A stretch of DNA of 64,000 bases. Source: a virus (lineage: Duplodnaviria; Caudoviricetes). Below are positions 37,015 through 45,963 of this stretch, one piece after another (position 1 is the first letter of the stretch; the number at the start of each line of letters is the position of its first letter). Made by a program: the position numbers and the translations under genes. Under the pieces are notes generated by a model. That model searched no databases. It saw only the letters and a program-made list of their open reading frames with translations, and had not been told where the DNA came from. Location of the stretch: IMG/VR virus record IMGVR_UViG_3300020148_000032; one strand, given 5' to 3'.

Positions 37015-37098
37015 TGTCCAGGATGGGAGTCGAACCCACATGACCTTTCGGTCACAGCGACCTCAACGCTGCGCGTATACCAATTCCGCCACCTGGAC
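37015..37098 (-). tRNA. tRNA-Leu(GAG)
   Basis: CAGCG-TTGAGGT-CGCTG. Confidence 0.92.
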
Positions 37099-37120
37099 AT
37101 TGAAGTAAAAATACTTATCG

Positions 37121-37202
37121 CGGAGGGCACGGGATTCGAACCCGCGACCGTGTTACCGGCGACCGATTTCAAGTCGGTTTGCTAACCATTCGCCTACCCT
37201 CC
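37121..37202 (-). tRNA. tRNA-Ser(TGA)
   Basis: ACCGA-CTTGAAA-TCGGT. Confidence 0.9.
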
Positions 37203-37369
37203 AAGGGTTAAAGATTAAAGAAGTTTCCCGAGCTCTAGGTTCTCTTTAATCAATCACTTTTAAAATATAACCCAAACTTTACGACACTGCCGTAGAGGGG
37301 AATCGAACCCCTCATATTTTAACGCTTAACTCTGCGCATACACATTCACGTTATAGTGTAAGAAGTAAG

Positions 37370-37442
37370 CGCCCGTAGAGAGATTCGAACTCCCGACACC
37401 TTGGTCCGAAGCCAAGTGCTCTATCCACTGAGCTATACAGGC
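37370..37442 (-). tRNA. tRNA-Arg(TCG)
   Basis: CTTGG-CTTCGGA-CCAAG. Confidence 0.92.
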
Positions 37443-37644
37443 AAAAACGAGACTAGTTTAACCAGAACACACTCGCAATATCATAATCCCTGATTCCTTA
37501 AAAAAGAAACCCGAAACTTTTCACACCAGATATTTGGCGGCTTTATTTACTCCAAGTCGAGAGTCCCTATTTTATACTCAGGAAATAAGGATCCAAGGAC
37601 AATGGTTAGTTGTCATGCTCTATGGAAGCTACAATGAAAGAAAA

Positions 37645-38703
37645 TTAGAATTTCAAGGCAAGATTAGAGCAATTATTAGGAATAAACTCCTTTTTATCTT
37701 CTAAATCTTGAATAGAAACACCAACATGAGAAAAACGAACACTCTCACCAACAATAATAAAAAGATTCAAGTCAGAATTCTTATCAAAAGAATCCCTCAT
37801 TTTATGAAGCATATCATCTGTAACCCAACCTTTATATTCTATATAAAGATCATAATCTTCAATGTAAAAATCAGGATAAAATTTCCTATTCTTTCCTTCT
37901 AAAGTCACATAAGGGAAACCCTTAGAATTACGTGTCCAATTAATAGGTAAAGAATCAAGAAAATTAGCAACCCTAATTTCCTCACGATTTAAATACATTA
38001 TCTCACCACTTTTTACAGTGTGATGAAAGTTTTTACTGCGACCTCCGCCAGGACGTAGACCACCATTATTAGAAAGATCGCGTCCAGCAAAAGAACACTT
38101 ATTAGAGCAAAATTTTCGAGTAGTAGTATTAGCGAAAAATTCTTTCTTACACATTGAGCAGAATATATAACGGGGACCCACTTTTTGTCTTTTTATTTTA
38201 CTTAAAGATCTACTCTTTCTCTCAGAATTTTTGCATTCAAGATTACAATATTTTGACTTACTACTATTAGATTTAAAGTCTTTTTTGCAAACAAAACATG
38301 TATGTGAATAAACTCTTAAAGAAACTATTTTAGTGCTACATTCTATAGAGCAAAATTTTAATCCTTTTCTGTTACCAGAGCGGCCCGCATATTTTTCAAA
38401 AACTTTGTTACAAGATTGATTTTGACAAATAAGTATCTTCCAGCCTTTAGCTCTACGTTTAGCGCAAACTTCAGAAGATCCATGAGCAATTAAACTTTTA
38501 TTAGTTTTAAATTCTGTTTTACAAGAAGAACAGAAAGTAGAATTAGGGTCGATTTTACGAGTTTTATAAGAAATATTATGAACCATTTTAAGATGAGTTC
38601 TCATTCCCATAAAAGTGAGAAATTTTCTTTCACAAGTTTTAAAATCACAAGGAATAATAAGCTCAGAAGGATCGGCATCTGTGGATCTCTTTGTTTTAGT
38701 CAT
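37645..38703 (-). CDS. Multi-Zn-finger PD-(D/E)xK endonuclease (homing endonuclease-like)
   Basis: C2H2 and C..C..FCS..C repeats; FYPDFYI...LYIEYKGW. Confidence 0.8.
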   Translation of the reverse strand: MTKTKRSTDADPSELIIPCDFKTCERKFLTFMGMRTHLKMVHNISYKTRKIDPNSTFCSSCKTEFKTNKSLIAHGSSEVCAKRRAKGWKILICQNQSCNKVFEKYAGRSGNRKGLKFCSIECSTKIVSLRVYSHTCFVCKKDFKSNSSKSKYCNLECKNSERKSRSLSKIKRQKVGPRYIFCSMCKKEFFANTTTRKFCSNKCSFAGRDLSNNGGLRPGGGRSKNFHHTVKSGEIMYLNREEIRVANFLDSLPINWTRNSKGFPYVTLEGKNRKFYPDFYIEDYDLYIEYKGWVTDDMLHKMRDSFDKNSDLNLFIIVGESVRFSHVGVSIQDLEDKKEFIPNNCSNLALKF

Positions 38704-38729
38704 ATGATTATTTTATCAAAAATTAATCG

Positions 38730-38800
38730 CAGGAGTACTAGGAATCGAACCCAGATCATCGAGGTTGGAGCTCGAGATTTTACCATTAAACTACACTCCT
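38730..38800 (-). tRNA. tRNA-Trp(CCA)
   Basis: TCGAG-CTCCAAC-CTCGA. Confidence 0.92.
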
Positions 38801-38946
38801 ATAGTGTAAAAATGAAATAAAGAGAACTCTTCCAACATATTCCAAAATATTGCATCATTTTCCAGAATGATAAAGAGTGCAACCGAAAGGTTAAAGATAA
38901 GGATCACCCTTCGTAATCTAATTCGGACTGGAATCCGACCCTATCG

Positions 38947-39017
38947 AGCTAATGACGAGAATCGAACTCGCGTTATCTCGTTGGCAACGAGAAGTTTTAC
39001 CATTAAACTACATTAGC
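38947..39017 (-). tRNA. tRNA-Gly(GCC)
   Basis: TCTCG-TTGCCAA-CGAGA. Confidence 0.92.
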
Positions 39018-39292
39018 ATTTGGCCTTTTCTTCCGTGAGGGTAGTACCATACCCCTTCGCTTCATTCCTGTCGGCGGCCGTTTCCTTTATGCCTCTAGTG
39101 TTTAACGGGTTAATCATCGTGGTCTCCCAACGGACCTACCACAATATTTTATTATATCAGAAAATTTACGAACTTTCATATTTGGTATTCGTAATGAGAG
39201 CCGATAACTCCTCAACCTCATAAGGGTACATCAACCTGGGGCTCGAAGAAATCTTTTTCAATTTCGGCAGGCATCACTTGCATTCCTTATAG

Positions 39293-39378
39293 TAACGGAG
39301 GCGGGATTTGAACCACTTATATAATTGCGACCTCTAGGTTATGAGCCTAGCGAGCACTCCGAGCTGCTCCACTCCGTG
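39293..39378 (-). tRNA. Initiator-like tRNA-Met(CAT) with insertion in the T stem
   Basis: C1:U72 mismatch; CTAGG-CTCATAA-CCTAG; AATTATATAAGT inserted before GGTTCAAATCC. Confidence 0.75.
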
Positions 39379-39391
39379 TCGTTATCATTCG

Positions 39392-39467
39392 TAGCGGTGA
39401 CAGGATTCGCACCTGCGATCTCTAGGATATGAGCCTAGCGGGGACAACTGAACTCCCCTACACCGCG
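39392..39467 (-). tRNA. Initiator-like tRNA-Met(CAT)
   Basis: C1:U72 mismatch; CTAGG-CTCATAT-CCTAG; T loop TGCGAAT. Confidence 0.82.
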
Positions 39468-39519
39468 CTTAAGGGATGAAGTATTCTGCGTAATATTGTT
39501 ACGAGATTTTTCATCCTAG

Positions 39520-39592
39520 AGCCACCTATCGGGTTCGAACCGATGACCTTCTCATTACTAGTGAGATGCTCTACCAACTGAGCTAAGGGGGC
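39520..39592 (-). tRNA. tRNA-Thr(AGT)
   Basis: TCTCA-CTAGTAA-TGAGA. Confidence 0.9.
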
Positions 39593-39717
39593 AGTGAGGA
39601 ATGATGAATTCCTCTAAGTTAATACATAGTAAGACCACCTGACTTAATCATGTTATCATCATAATCAAGTACTGGAGAATCCTCGCGGAGTTTCCCTTCT
39701 TATTTTTGTTAACTTTG

Positions 39718-39791
39718 AGCCCCTTGTCAGGTTCGAACTGACGACCTTTCGCTTACAAGGCGAACGCTCTGACCAACTGAGCTAAGGGGGC
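39718..39791 (-). tRNA. tRNA-Thr(TGT)
   Basis: TTCGC-CTTGTAA-GCGAA. Confidence 0.92.
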
Positions 39792-39834
39792 ATGGTGATA
39801 GACTGAATTCAATATATTCATCTTCAATCTATCG

Positions 39835-39906
39835 TGGAGAATAGGGGACTCGAACCCCTAACCTTGACCTTGCAAAGGTCCTGCGCTACCATTGCGCCAA
39901 TTCCCC
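39835..39906 (-). tRNA. tRNA-Ala(TGC)
   Basis: G3:U70; GGACC-TTTGCAA-GGTCA. Confidence 0.92.
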
Positions 39907-39961
39907 ATCGTAACTTTTTGAAAGTTACGTTAGTAACACTATTTTAATATCAGTATTTGAT

Positions 39962-40036
39962 TGGTACCCCCGGGCAGAGTTGAACTGCCTTCATCATGTT
40001 ATAAGCATGAGGTCCTAACCCGTAGACGACAGGGGC
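39962..40036 (-). tRNA. tRNA-Ile(TAT)
   Basis: TCATG-CTTATAA-CATGA; CCA encoded. Confidence 0.88.
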
Positions 40037-40098
40037 ATAATTTTTTAATTATGGTATTACTATATCAATTTTTTTGAAAAAGTCAAATTGTTTAATAA

Positions 40099-40173
40099 TG
40101 GTAGGCCCCCTGGGATTCGAACCCAGAACCTGCGGATTAAAAGTCCGTAGCTCTGCCGTTGAGCTAGAGGCCC
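40099..40173 (-). tRNA. tRNA-Lys(TTT)
   Basis: ACGGA-CTTTTAA-TCCGC; CCA encoded. Confidence 0.92.
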
Positions 40174-40197
40174 ATCTTTATATCATTTTCTAACGCG

Positions 40198-40271
40198 TGG
40201 ACCCGAGGAGAATCGAACTCCTCGCACTAACCTTGCAAAGGTTGGTCGCCCCCCTTGGAACATGCGAGCCC
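40198..40271 (-). tRNA. tRNA-Ala(TGC), atypical D arm
   Basis: G3:U70; CAACC-TTTGCAA-GGTTA. Confidence 0.8.
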
Positions 40272-40275
40272 ATTT

Positions 40276-40393
40276 GAAAGTTTCATTTATAGGAATGATA
40301 CTTACAAACACCCAGGCTCCTCCACCTGGATTCGAACCAGGAACCTTAGAGTTAACAGCTCTCTGCTCTGCCGTTGAGCTATGGAGGAATAGG
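40276..40393. repeat. 118-bp direct repeat copy 1 (tRNA-Asn plus flank); copy 2 at 45851..45968
   Basis: gaaagtttcatttataggaatgatacttacaaacacc... identical apart from one mismatch. Confidence 0.92.
40317..40388 (-). tRNA. tRNA-Asn(GTT)
   Basis: GAGAG-CTGTTAA-CTCTA. Confidence 0.92.
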
Positions 40394-40640
40394 TTGTCAC
40401 TATATTTCCATTAAGGAATTATAGAAATATTTTCCACATAACCACATTTCAGTTTGATCATCATATATTTCTTCAGCGAACAGATCCACAATAAAGGAGA
40501 CATAGTCCCCTTTTATATTATATATGTAATCATATGAAGTGTATTGTGATGGGTTGTTAATTCACCATTCTTTATGTAATTTTTTCTTTTATTTTCATTA
40601 TATTCTCCTTTATATATTTTTATATGGAGATATTCATGAG

Positions 40641-40715
40641 TGCGCGTTGAGGGACTCGAACCCCCGACCGCCTCGGTGTAAACGAGGAACTCTAACCAAC
40701 TGAGTTTAAACGCGC
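40641..40715 (-). tRNA. tRNA-Val(TAC)
   Basis: CCTCG-TTTACAC-CGAGG. Confidence 0.92.
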
Positions 40716-40775
40716 ATGATGTTTTGTCGAGCAAGTACACTATACTATATCAGTATAGTGATTGTCAAATTGACG

Positions 40776-40848
40776 CTCCAGGTATAGGAATCGAACCTAT
40801 GCCGCCCTGATTCAAAGTCAGGGTTCCCATGCCAGCAGAGAACCTGGA
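40776..40848 (-). tRNA. tRNA-Gln(TTG), atypical D arm
   Basis: CCTGA-CTTTGAA-TCAGG. Confidence 0.8.
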
Positions 40849-41042
40849 AAACCGACTAGAAGGGACCAACCTTTTCACGGTTACTTATTTTCGTTTAAGT
40901 AGTACCTAACCATCTCTTGGTTAGTCTGTTTTTCGAACGGTGTAGTTTTAGTATACACGAGATACTGTCGTTTCTTCGGCGATCACGACAAGCGCCCCAC
41001 AAGCCCAGTGGGTGGGGAGACGAGCGGTTAATTCATCTCGTG

Positions 41043-41115
41043 CGCGCCCGGAGGGATTCGAACCCCCAACCTTCTGATCCGTAGTCAGATGCTCTATCCG
41101 TTGAGCCACGAGCGC
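41043..41115 (-). tRNA. tRNA-Arg(ACG)
   Basis: TCTGA-CTACGGA-TCAGA. Confidence 0.94.
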
Positions 41116-41517
41116 ATGGTCGCCTTTTAAGATCTTGTTCCCACATACTTGGAGCACCCCTTAAAAGACTTCATGATAAGTCACAAATATCACGCATTCG
41201 GTTAGTTTCCCTTATTCTGGTCAGGAATCTAACACCTTACCAGGGGCGTTCAATGGAGAGTTAATCTTCACTAAACGTTTTAATATGACGCGACTCATAT
41301 TAAGAATTAGGTGGCAATCGCGTTCACCAACTTAGAATCATTGCCTTTTGAATAGACACCCACCGTGGGCGCGAATGCGCTATATTTTAAAAAGATAATC
41401 CCTACATTGTACAGAGTAGGGTAAATAGTGAAGAGATGTTCGGGAGAATAGCCAATCGCCGTGCTTTCGAGAGCATTTTTCCTTCATTATTTAACTAGGG
41501 TATCACTATCTATAGAG

Positions 41518-41601
41518 TGGGCCCGGCCAGATTCGAACTGGCAACGTTTCTCCGTCACTGTTTTACAGACAGCTTGCTTCAGCCAATTTGCATACGGACC
41601 C
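41518..41601 (-). tRNA. tRNA-Tyr(GTA)
   Basis: GCTGT-CTGTAAA-ACAGT; long variable arm. Confidence 0.88.
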
Positions 41602-41888
41602 AAAGTGTGTTGATTTTTGAAAGATAGGTTCAACACACAAAACCTTCTCAAACATGAAAGTTTGAATTATCACTAGTTTAAAGACACTTTGGCTGGAACC
41701 TTTCACCCTTGTAAGAGTTTCCAGTAACTCATACCACTCCTTAGAGGTGGGAAGACGAAGTGTGCCTCTACTCCGAAAGATCATGATAACCCGACTCCTG
41801 TCGTTCTCTCATACAACCGTGTATTATGAGGAGTTGAACCTCAAGAGTTTACCTACACCTTTTGATAGGTGCGAGGTTACCATTAAAG

Positions 41889-41961
41889 AGCGAGTGACCG
41901 GATTCGAACCGGCGTTAACAGTTTGGAAGACTGTAGTACTAGGCCTCTGTACGACACTCGC
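41889..41961 (-). tRNA. tRNA-Gly(TCC) copy 2
   Basis: Differs from 35808..35880 by one base. Confidence 0.92.
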
Positions 41962-42057
41962 AAAGCGATATAGCGGTCTCACGCATTGACGCCAACATGT
42001 AGCGTCTCAACCCTTTGTACTGGGTATATCATCGCGGGCTTGGTTTTCACCTGAGCG

Positions 42058-42139
42058 CTCCCCCACCTGGACTCGAACCAGGAGGAATAAATTCACGGAT
42101 TAACAGTCCGTCCCGCTGCCAATTACGGTTTATGAGGGA
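42058..42139 (-). tRNA. tRNA-Asn(GTT) with extended variable region
   Basis: ACGGA-CTGTTAA-TCCGT; extra arm GAATTTATTC. Confidence 0.82.
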
Positions 42140-42254
42140 ATAGGAAAGAGATTTTTATGTCAGGCTCTCTTTCATTGTACCCTATCTGGGAACCCAGAGT
42201 ATTTGCATGTTGACATTAATGCAATATGTTCAACTTAACATCGAACATGCAAAG

Positions 42255-42328
42255 CGACCGCGACGGGGCTCGAACCCGCGACCTCTACCGTGACAGGGTA
42301 GCGCTCTGACCAACTGAGCTACGCGGCC
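42255..42328 (-). tRNA. tRNA-Asp(GTC)
   Basis: CTACC-CTGTCAC-GGTAG. Confidence 0.94.
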
Positions 42329-42363
42329 ATAATAGTTTAACGTCAGTTTCGGACGAAAATGAT

Positions 42364-42528
42364 TTAGGTATTAATAACTGCACGACGCTTCGGGAAGAGT
42401 CGAGACTTAATCTTGGTCATTTCACGCTTGGTAGCGCGATAATTACGCTCGTTTTCTCGAATGAAAGCAAGCTCCTCGACAATTCGCTTGCGACGATTCT
42501 CAGCCTTGACCTGTGCATTAGTAGCCAT
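42364..42528 (-). CDS. Small basic protein (54 aa)
   Basis: AAGGA RBS; MATNAQVKAENRRKRIVEELAFIRENERNYRATKREMTKIKSRLFPKRRAVINT. Confidence 0.7.
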   Translation of the reverse strand: MATNAQVKAENRRKRIVEELAFIRENERNYRATKREMTKIKSRLFPKRRAVINT

Positions 42529-42592
42529 TGTGTTATCCTTACTTCGTGCTTTTTTATTACTTACATAAGATCCACATTTTCATGCGGAACAG

Positions 42593-42666
42593 CGACCGCA
42601 ACGGGACTCGAACCCGCGACCTCCACCTTGACAGGGTGGCGCTCTAACCGACTGAGCTATGCAGCC
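42593..42666 (-). tRNA. tRNA-Asp(GTC)
   Basis: CCACC-CTGTCAA-GGTGG. Confidence 0.93.
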
Positions 42667-42874
42667 ATATATTTCGACCTACGGGTTCTTCCGTCAGTGG
42701 TATTATCATTCCGGATTTCAAATACCTAACCTCTAGTAAGTACGTAGATTCTATACACTTCCAATGTTATAAATTTTTGTGTTGGCTAACGAAAACCTAT
42801 GACATTGTTTGATAAAGCAGTTTGCCATGCCAAACTACATCGAAATAATGTTCTTTCATATTTTTATGAAATAG

Positions 42875-42946
42875 TAAGTATTATAGGATTCGAACCTATA
42901 TCTCTCAGCGGGTAAGCCGAGTGCTCTTCCATTAAGCTAAACACTC
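42875..42946 (-). tRNA. tRNA with 8-nt anticodon loop (identity uncertain)
   Basis: Acceptor GAGTGTT/AATACTT; CTCGG-CTTACCCG-CTGAG; canonical T arm. Confidence 0.65.
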
Positions 42947-43048
42947 CATCTAATCACGAGCAGATCACACTCTGCCAAACGCGGCAACGTTTGCCCAAGT
43001 GGTGCATCTCGAATTGATAACAAGAATTGCCGTCCTTGTTACTCCTTG

Positions 43049-43122
43049 TACCCCCTCAGGGATTCGAACCCTGGACCCACTGATTAAGAGTCAGTTGCTC
43101 TAACCTACTGAGCTAAGGAGGC
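43049..43122 (-). tRNA. tRNA-Lys(CTT)
   Basis: ACTGA-CTCTTAA-TCAGT. Confidence 0.93.
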
Positions 43123-43323
43123 ATAAATGTTTATGCTATTGTATCAGTTTTTACATAAACTTTATTCTTTCGAATGTCTGGGGTTATATTTTTATCTCTG
43201 ACCCAGTAAGGGGCGGTTACGTTACATTAGCGTTATCTCCAGATAATCATCGTTGAAGTTGCATCATTGACTTAAAGGAATTGAACCTTTACTAACCTTG
43301 TCACTGGACAAGGTAACCTACCG

Positions 43324-43396
43324 TGCCACCGGTCGGAATCGAACCGACGACCTTTCGTTCTTCAGACGAACGCTCTACCAATTGAGCTACAGTGGC
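43324..43396 (-). tRNA. tRNA-Phe(GAA)
   Basis: TTCGT-CTGAAGA-ACGAA. Confidence 0.93.
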
Positions 43397-43440
43397 ATTC
43401 ATATCACTTTTGATTTATCAAGTTTCATTCAATAAGTAAT

Positions 43441-43469
43441 ATTATACATGAAGTGATTCCTCATGTCAA
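43441..43469 (-). promoter_or_regulatory. Consensus sigma70 promoter inside the tRNA array
   Basis: TTGACA-N17-TATAAT on the minus strand. Confidence 0.85.
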
Positions 43470-43497
43470 ATCAAAACCGAATAAAGTTTTGAAAGAG

Positions 43498-43571
43498 TGC
43501 GGGTACCTGGACTTGAACCAGGGACCTTCGACTTATCAGGTCGATGCTCTAACCAACTGAGCTACACCCGC
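43498..43571 (-). tRNA. tRNA-Ile(GAT)
   Basis: TCGAC-CTGATAA-GTCGA. Confidence 0.93.
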
Positions 43572-43682
43572 ATAAAATGAAGAATACCTCTTAATAAGGA
43601 AGTTCCTGGCATCGGCGAGAAAATCTCATGGACGTGATAATCCATTATTCTTCATTTTTCTTACTGTATTAAACAGTAATCG

Positions 43683-43754
43683 TACCCCGACGGAGAATCG
43701 AACTCCGGCGACGAGGTCGAAAGTCTGGCGTACTAACCTCTATACTACAGGGGC
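43683..43754 (-). tRNA. tRNA-Glu(TTC), mismatched anticodon stem
   Basis: CCAGA-CTTTCGA-CCTCG; paralog of 44165..44236. Confidence 0.75.
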
Positions 43755-43755
43755 A

Positions 43756-43832
43756 TGGGGTGTCTGACGGGATTCGAACCCGCGGATGACCGAGTCACAG
43801 TCGGCTGCGTTAACCTTTTCGCCACAGACACC
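43756..43832 (-). tRNA. tRNA-His(GTG)
   Basis: G-1:C73; GCCGA-CTGTGAC-TCGGT; CCA encoded. Confidence 0.92.
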
Positions 43833-44164
43833 ATCGGGGTATAAAGTGGCCACAATATACCCCTATAACATAAAATAATATAATAATTAAAATAATATAA
43901 TAATAAATAAATAATATTGTAAAAATGCGAAGTTTTTGTTCACTTGAAATAAAGTCTTTATTATGATGCTTTATACCACGGGTGTTTATATCCCGGATTA
44001 CATATAAAGATCATTTTATACATTCCAAATTTAGAGAATGCATAAATCTTCACTTGCCGACTTTCACCGACAATTAAAATAATCAACTAAAGAATCGAAC
44101 TTTAGAACCCTATTTTTCAGTAAATGGGCTTCCTAATTTTGATTATCACCTGCTTAACGCATTG

Positions 44165-44236
44165 TACCCCGACGGAGAATCGAACTCCGGCTACCAGATT
44201 GAAAGTCTAGCGTACTAACCTCTATACTACCGGGGC
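44165..44236 (-). tRNA. tRNA-Glu(TTC)
   Basis: CTAGA-CTTTCAA-TCTGG. Confidence 0.88.
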
Positions 44237-44283
44237 AAGGTGTCTAGAATTATGGGGACCGCCCCGACTAGACTCAATGTATA

Positions 44284-44997
44284 TTACATTCCAATGAAAT
44301 CATTGGAAATTTTTATCCATTTCTTGGGTTCACGATAAAATTCTCTCCATAGTATTCTTAATACTACCCATCCTTCATCAGAGGCAAGGGAATCCTTTGT
44401 TTTATCAGAAATAATTTGACGTTGATAACGAATGTGTTGATCGCCATCGATTTCAATTACTTTCTTTTTGTGAAGCCAAGCAAAATCGAAAGAATACTTT
44501 TCAAAAGGGTATTCTCTCACAAAATTTTTATCATCAAACTCGTTTTCAATAACTTGAGTGAAGAATTTTTCAGGATAAGATTCATTGATGCTTGGATTTA
44601 ACCACCGCATGGCTTGATTCTTTTTATGTTTATCCTTCATTATTGAAGAAAGTTTCTCTTTCGTCTTTTTTGAATGTTTTCGTCCAAGATTTGGAGAATT
44701 AATTCTTTCAGGGTTTGAATAACAATAGTTTTTATGTAATCCAAACCCAGATTTGTTTGTATTAAAAATTTTCATGCACCATTCGCACGTAAATTTTCTA
44801 CGTTTAATTGAATTCTTTGAAATGAAATCACTTTTAGTGTGAGCCATTTCTTTGTTATGTTGTTGCATCTTTCTCCTTGTAGAGAAAGTTAAACAACATA
44901 ATGAGCAATTCCATTGTGGAGAACCGTTGCATTTTTTAATGTGTAGAGAAAGGGCATGTTTTGTGAAGTTTTTAACTTTACATTGTGAACATTCCAT
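44284..44997 (-). CDS. C2H2 Zn-finger / NUMOD3 / DUF559(Vsr)-like endonuclease
   Basis: Start MECSQC at 44997 (track start overlaps tRNA-Ser); GRKHSKKTKEKLS; YSFDFAW...VIEIDGDQH...DKTKD...GWVVLRI.W. Confidence 0.82.
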   Translation of the reverse strand: MECSQCKVKNFTKHALSLHIKKCNGSPQWNCSLCCLTFSTRRKMQQHNKEMAHTKSDFISKNSIKRRKFTCEWCMKIFNTNKSGFGLHKNYCYSNPERINSPNLGRKHSKKTKEKLSSIMKDKHKKNQAMRWLNPSINESYPEKFFTQVIENEFDDKNFVREYPFEKYSFDFAWLHKKKVIEIDGDQHIRYQRQIISDKTKDSLASDEGWVVLRILWREFYREPKKWIKISNDFIGM

Positions 44998-45015
44998 TTT
45001 TATCAACACCTTAAG

Positions 45016-45104
45016 CGGAAGTGACAGGATTCGAACCTGCGGGCGCCTTGTTAGACGCCACACGATTAGCAGTCGCGCGCCTTAATCCACTCAGCCACAC
45101 TTCC
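45016..45104 (-). tRNA. tRNA-Ser(GCT)
   Basis: CGCGA-CTGCTAA-TCGTG; long variable arm. Confidence 0.93.
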
Positions 45105-45129
45105 ATTGATTGTTTTTCTTACAATTCGT

Positions 45130-45208
45130 TGGAAATAGAGGACTCGAACCTCTTAAGCATGAAGCGACCCCTTTACAGGGGGTTTCCTTTTCCTATTGGA
45201 TAATTTCC
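45130..45208 (-). tRNA. tRNA-Tyr(GTA), atypical
   Basis: ACCCC-CTGTAAA-GGGGT. Confidence 0.72.
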
Positions 45209-45308
45209 TAAAAATACTTGATGAATCCCATGTGAGTGTCATTCACCGCCGGAGTCGAACCGGCGCATCACATTCAGTAGACTAATCTGAATGGTAGTAT
45301 TTCTATTG

Positions 45309-45381
45309 TACCCCGAACGGGATTCGAACCCGTGTTACCGGCGTGAGAGGCCAGCGTCCTAGGCCACTAAACGACCGGGGC
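45309..45381 (-). tRNA. tRNA-Glu(CTC)
   Basis: CTGGC-CTCTCAC-GCCGG. Confidence 0.93.
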
Positions 45382-45597
45382 ATTGATTTTAAATTTATTA
45401 AAAAGATCGATGTTTGGTAGGACTCGAACCTCCTGCATCCGCGCTCCTGAACGCGGCCGTCTACCTCATGGTTTATATTCCGTAAACTTTGCCTAACTTC
45501 ATGCGGCGGTCATTTCAGCCGGTCAAATATCCCGAAAGACATGAGAGGTTAGGTCTTCTGCGAGTGCTATAGCCTTGCGTATCGAATGCTCGCATTG

Positions 45598-45672
45598 TCG
45601 GGGTAACAGGATTCGAACCTGCGACTTCTCGCTCCCAAAGCGAGCGCTCTGACCAAACTGAGCTATACCCCG
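45598..45672 (-). tRNA. tRNA-Pro(TGG)
   Basis: CTCGC-TTTGGGA-GCGAG. Confidence 0.93.
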
Positions 45673-45686
45673 TTAATTATCGTGCG

Positions 45687-45759
45687 TGCCTTCGGTGAGA
45701 TTCGAACTCACACTGTATCGATTTTGAGTCGACTTCCTCTACCGTTGGGATACGAAGGC
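45687..45759 (-). tRNA. tRNA-Leu(CAA), short variable loop
   Basis: GTCGA-CTCAAAA-TCGAT. Confidence 0.9.
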
Positions 45760-45765
45760 AAAGGG

Positions 45766-45846
45766 TGGTAGATGAGGGATTCGAACCCCCGAAGCTTTCG
45801 CAACTGATTTACAGTCAGCTCCCTTTGGCCGCTCAGGAAATCTACC
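45766..45846 (-). tRNA. tRNA-Tyr(GTA)
   Basis: GCTGA-CTGTAAA-TCAGT. Confidence 0.93.
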
Positions 45847-45891
45847 ATTCGAAAGTTTCATTTATAGGAATGATACTTACAAACACCTAGG

Positions 45892-45963
45892 CTCCTCCAC
45901 CTGGATTCGAACCAGGAACCTTAGAGTTAACAGCTCTCTGCTCTGCCGTTGAGCTATGGAGGA
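45892..45963 (-). tRNA. tRNA-Asn(GTT), duplicate of 40317..40388
   Basis: Identical sequence. Confidence 0.92.

Noticed and set aside
43870-43918. AT-only tandem repeat as a replication origin
   Set aside because: Only two short copies with no iteron or DnaA-box context; treated as a low-complexity spacer.
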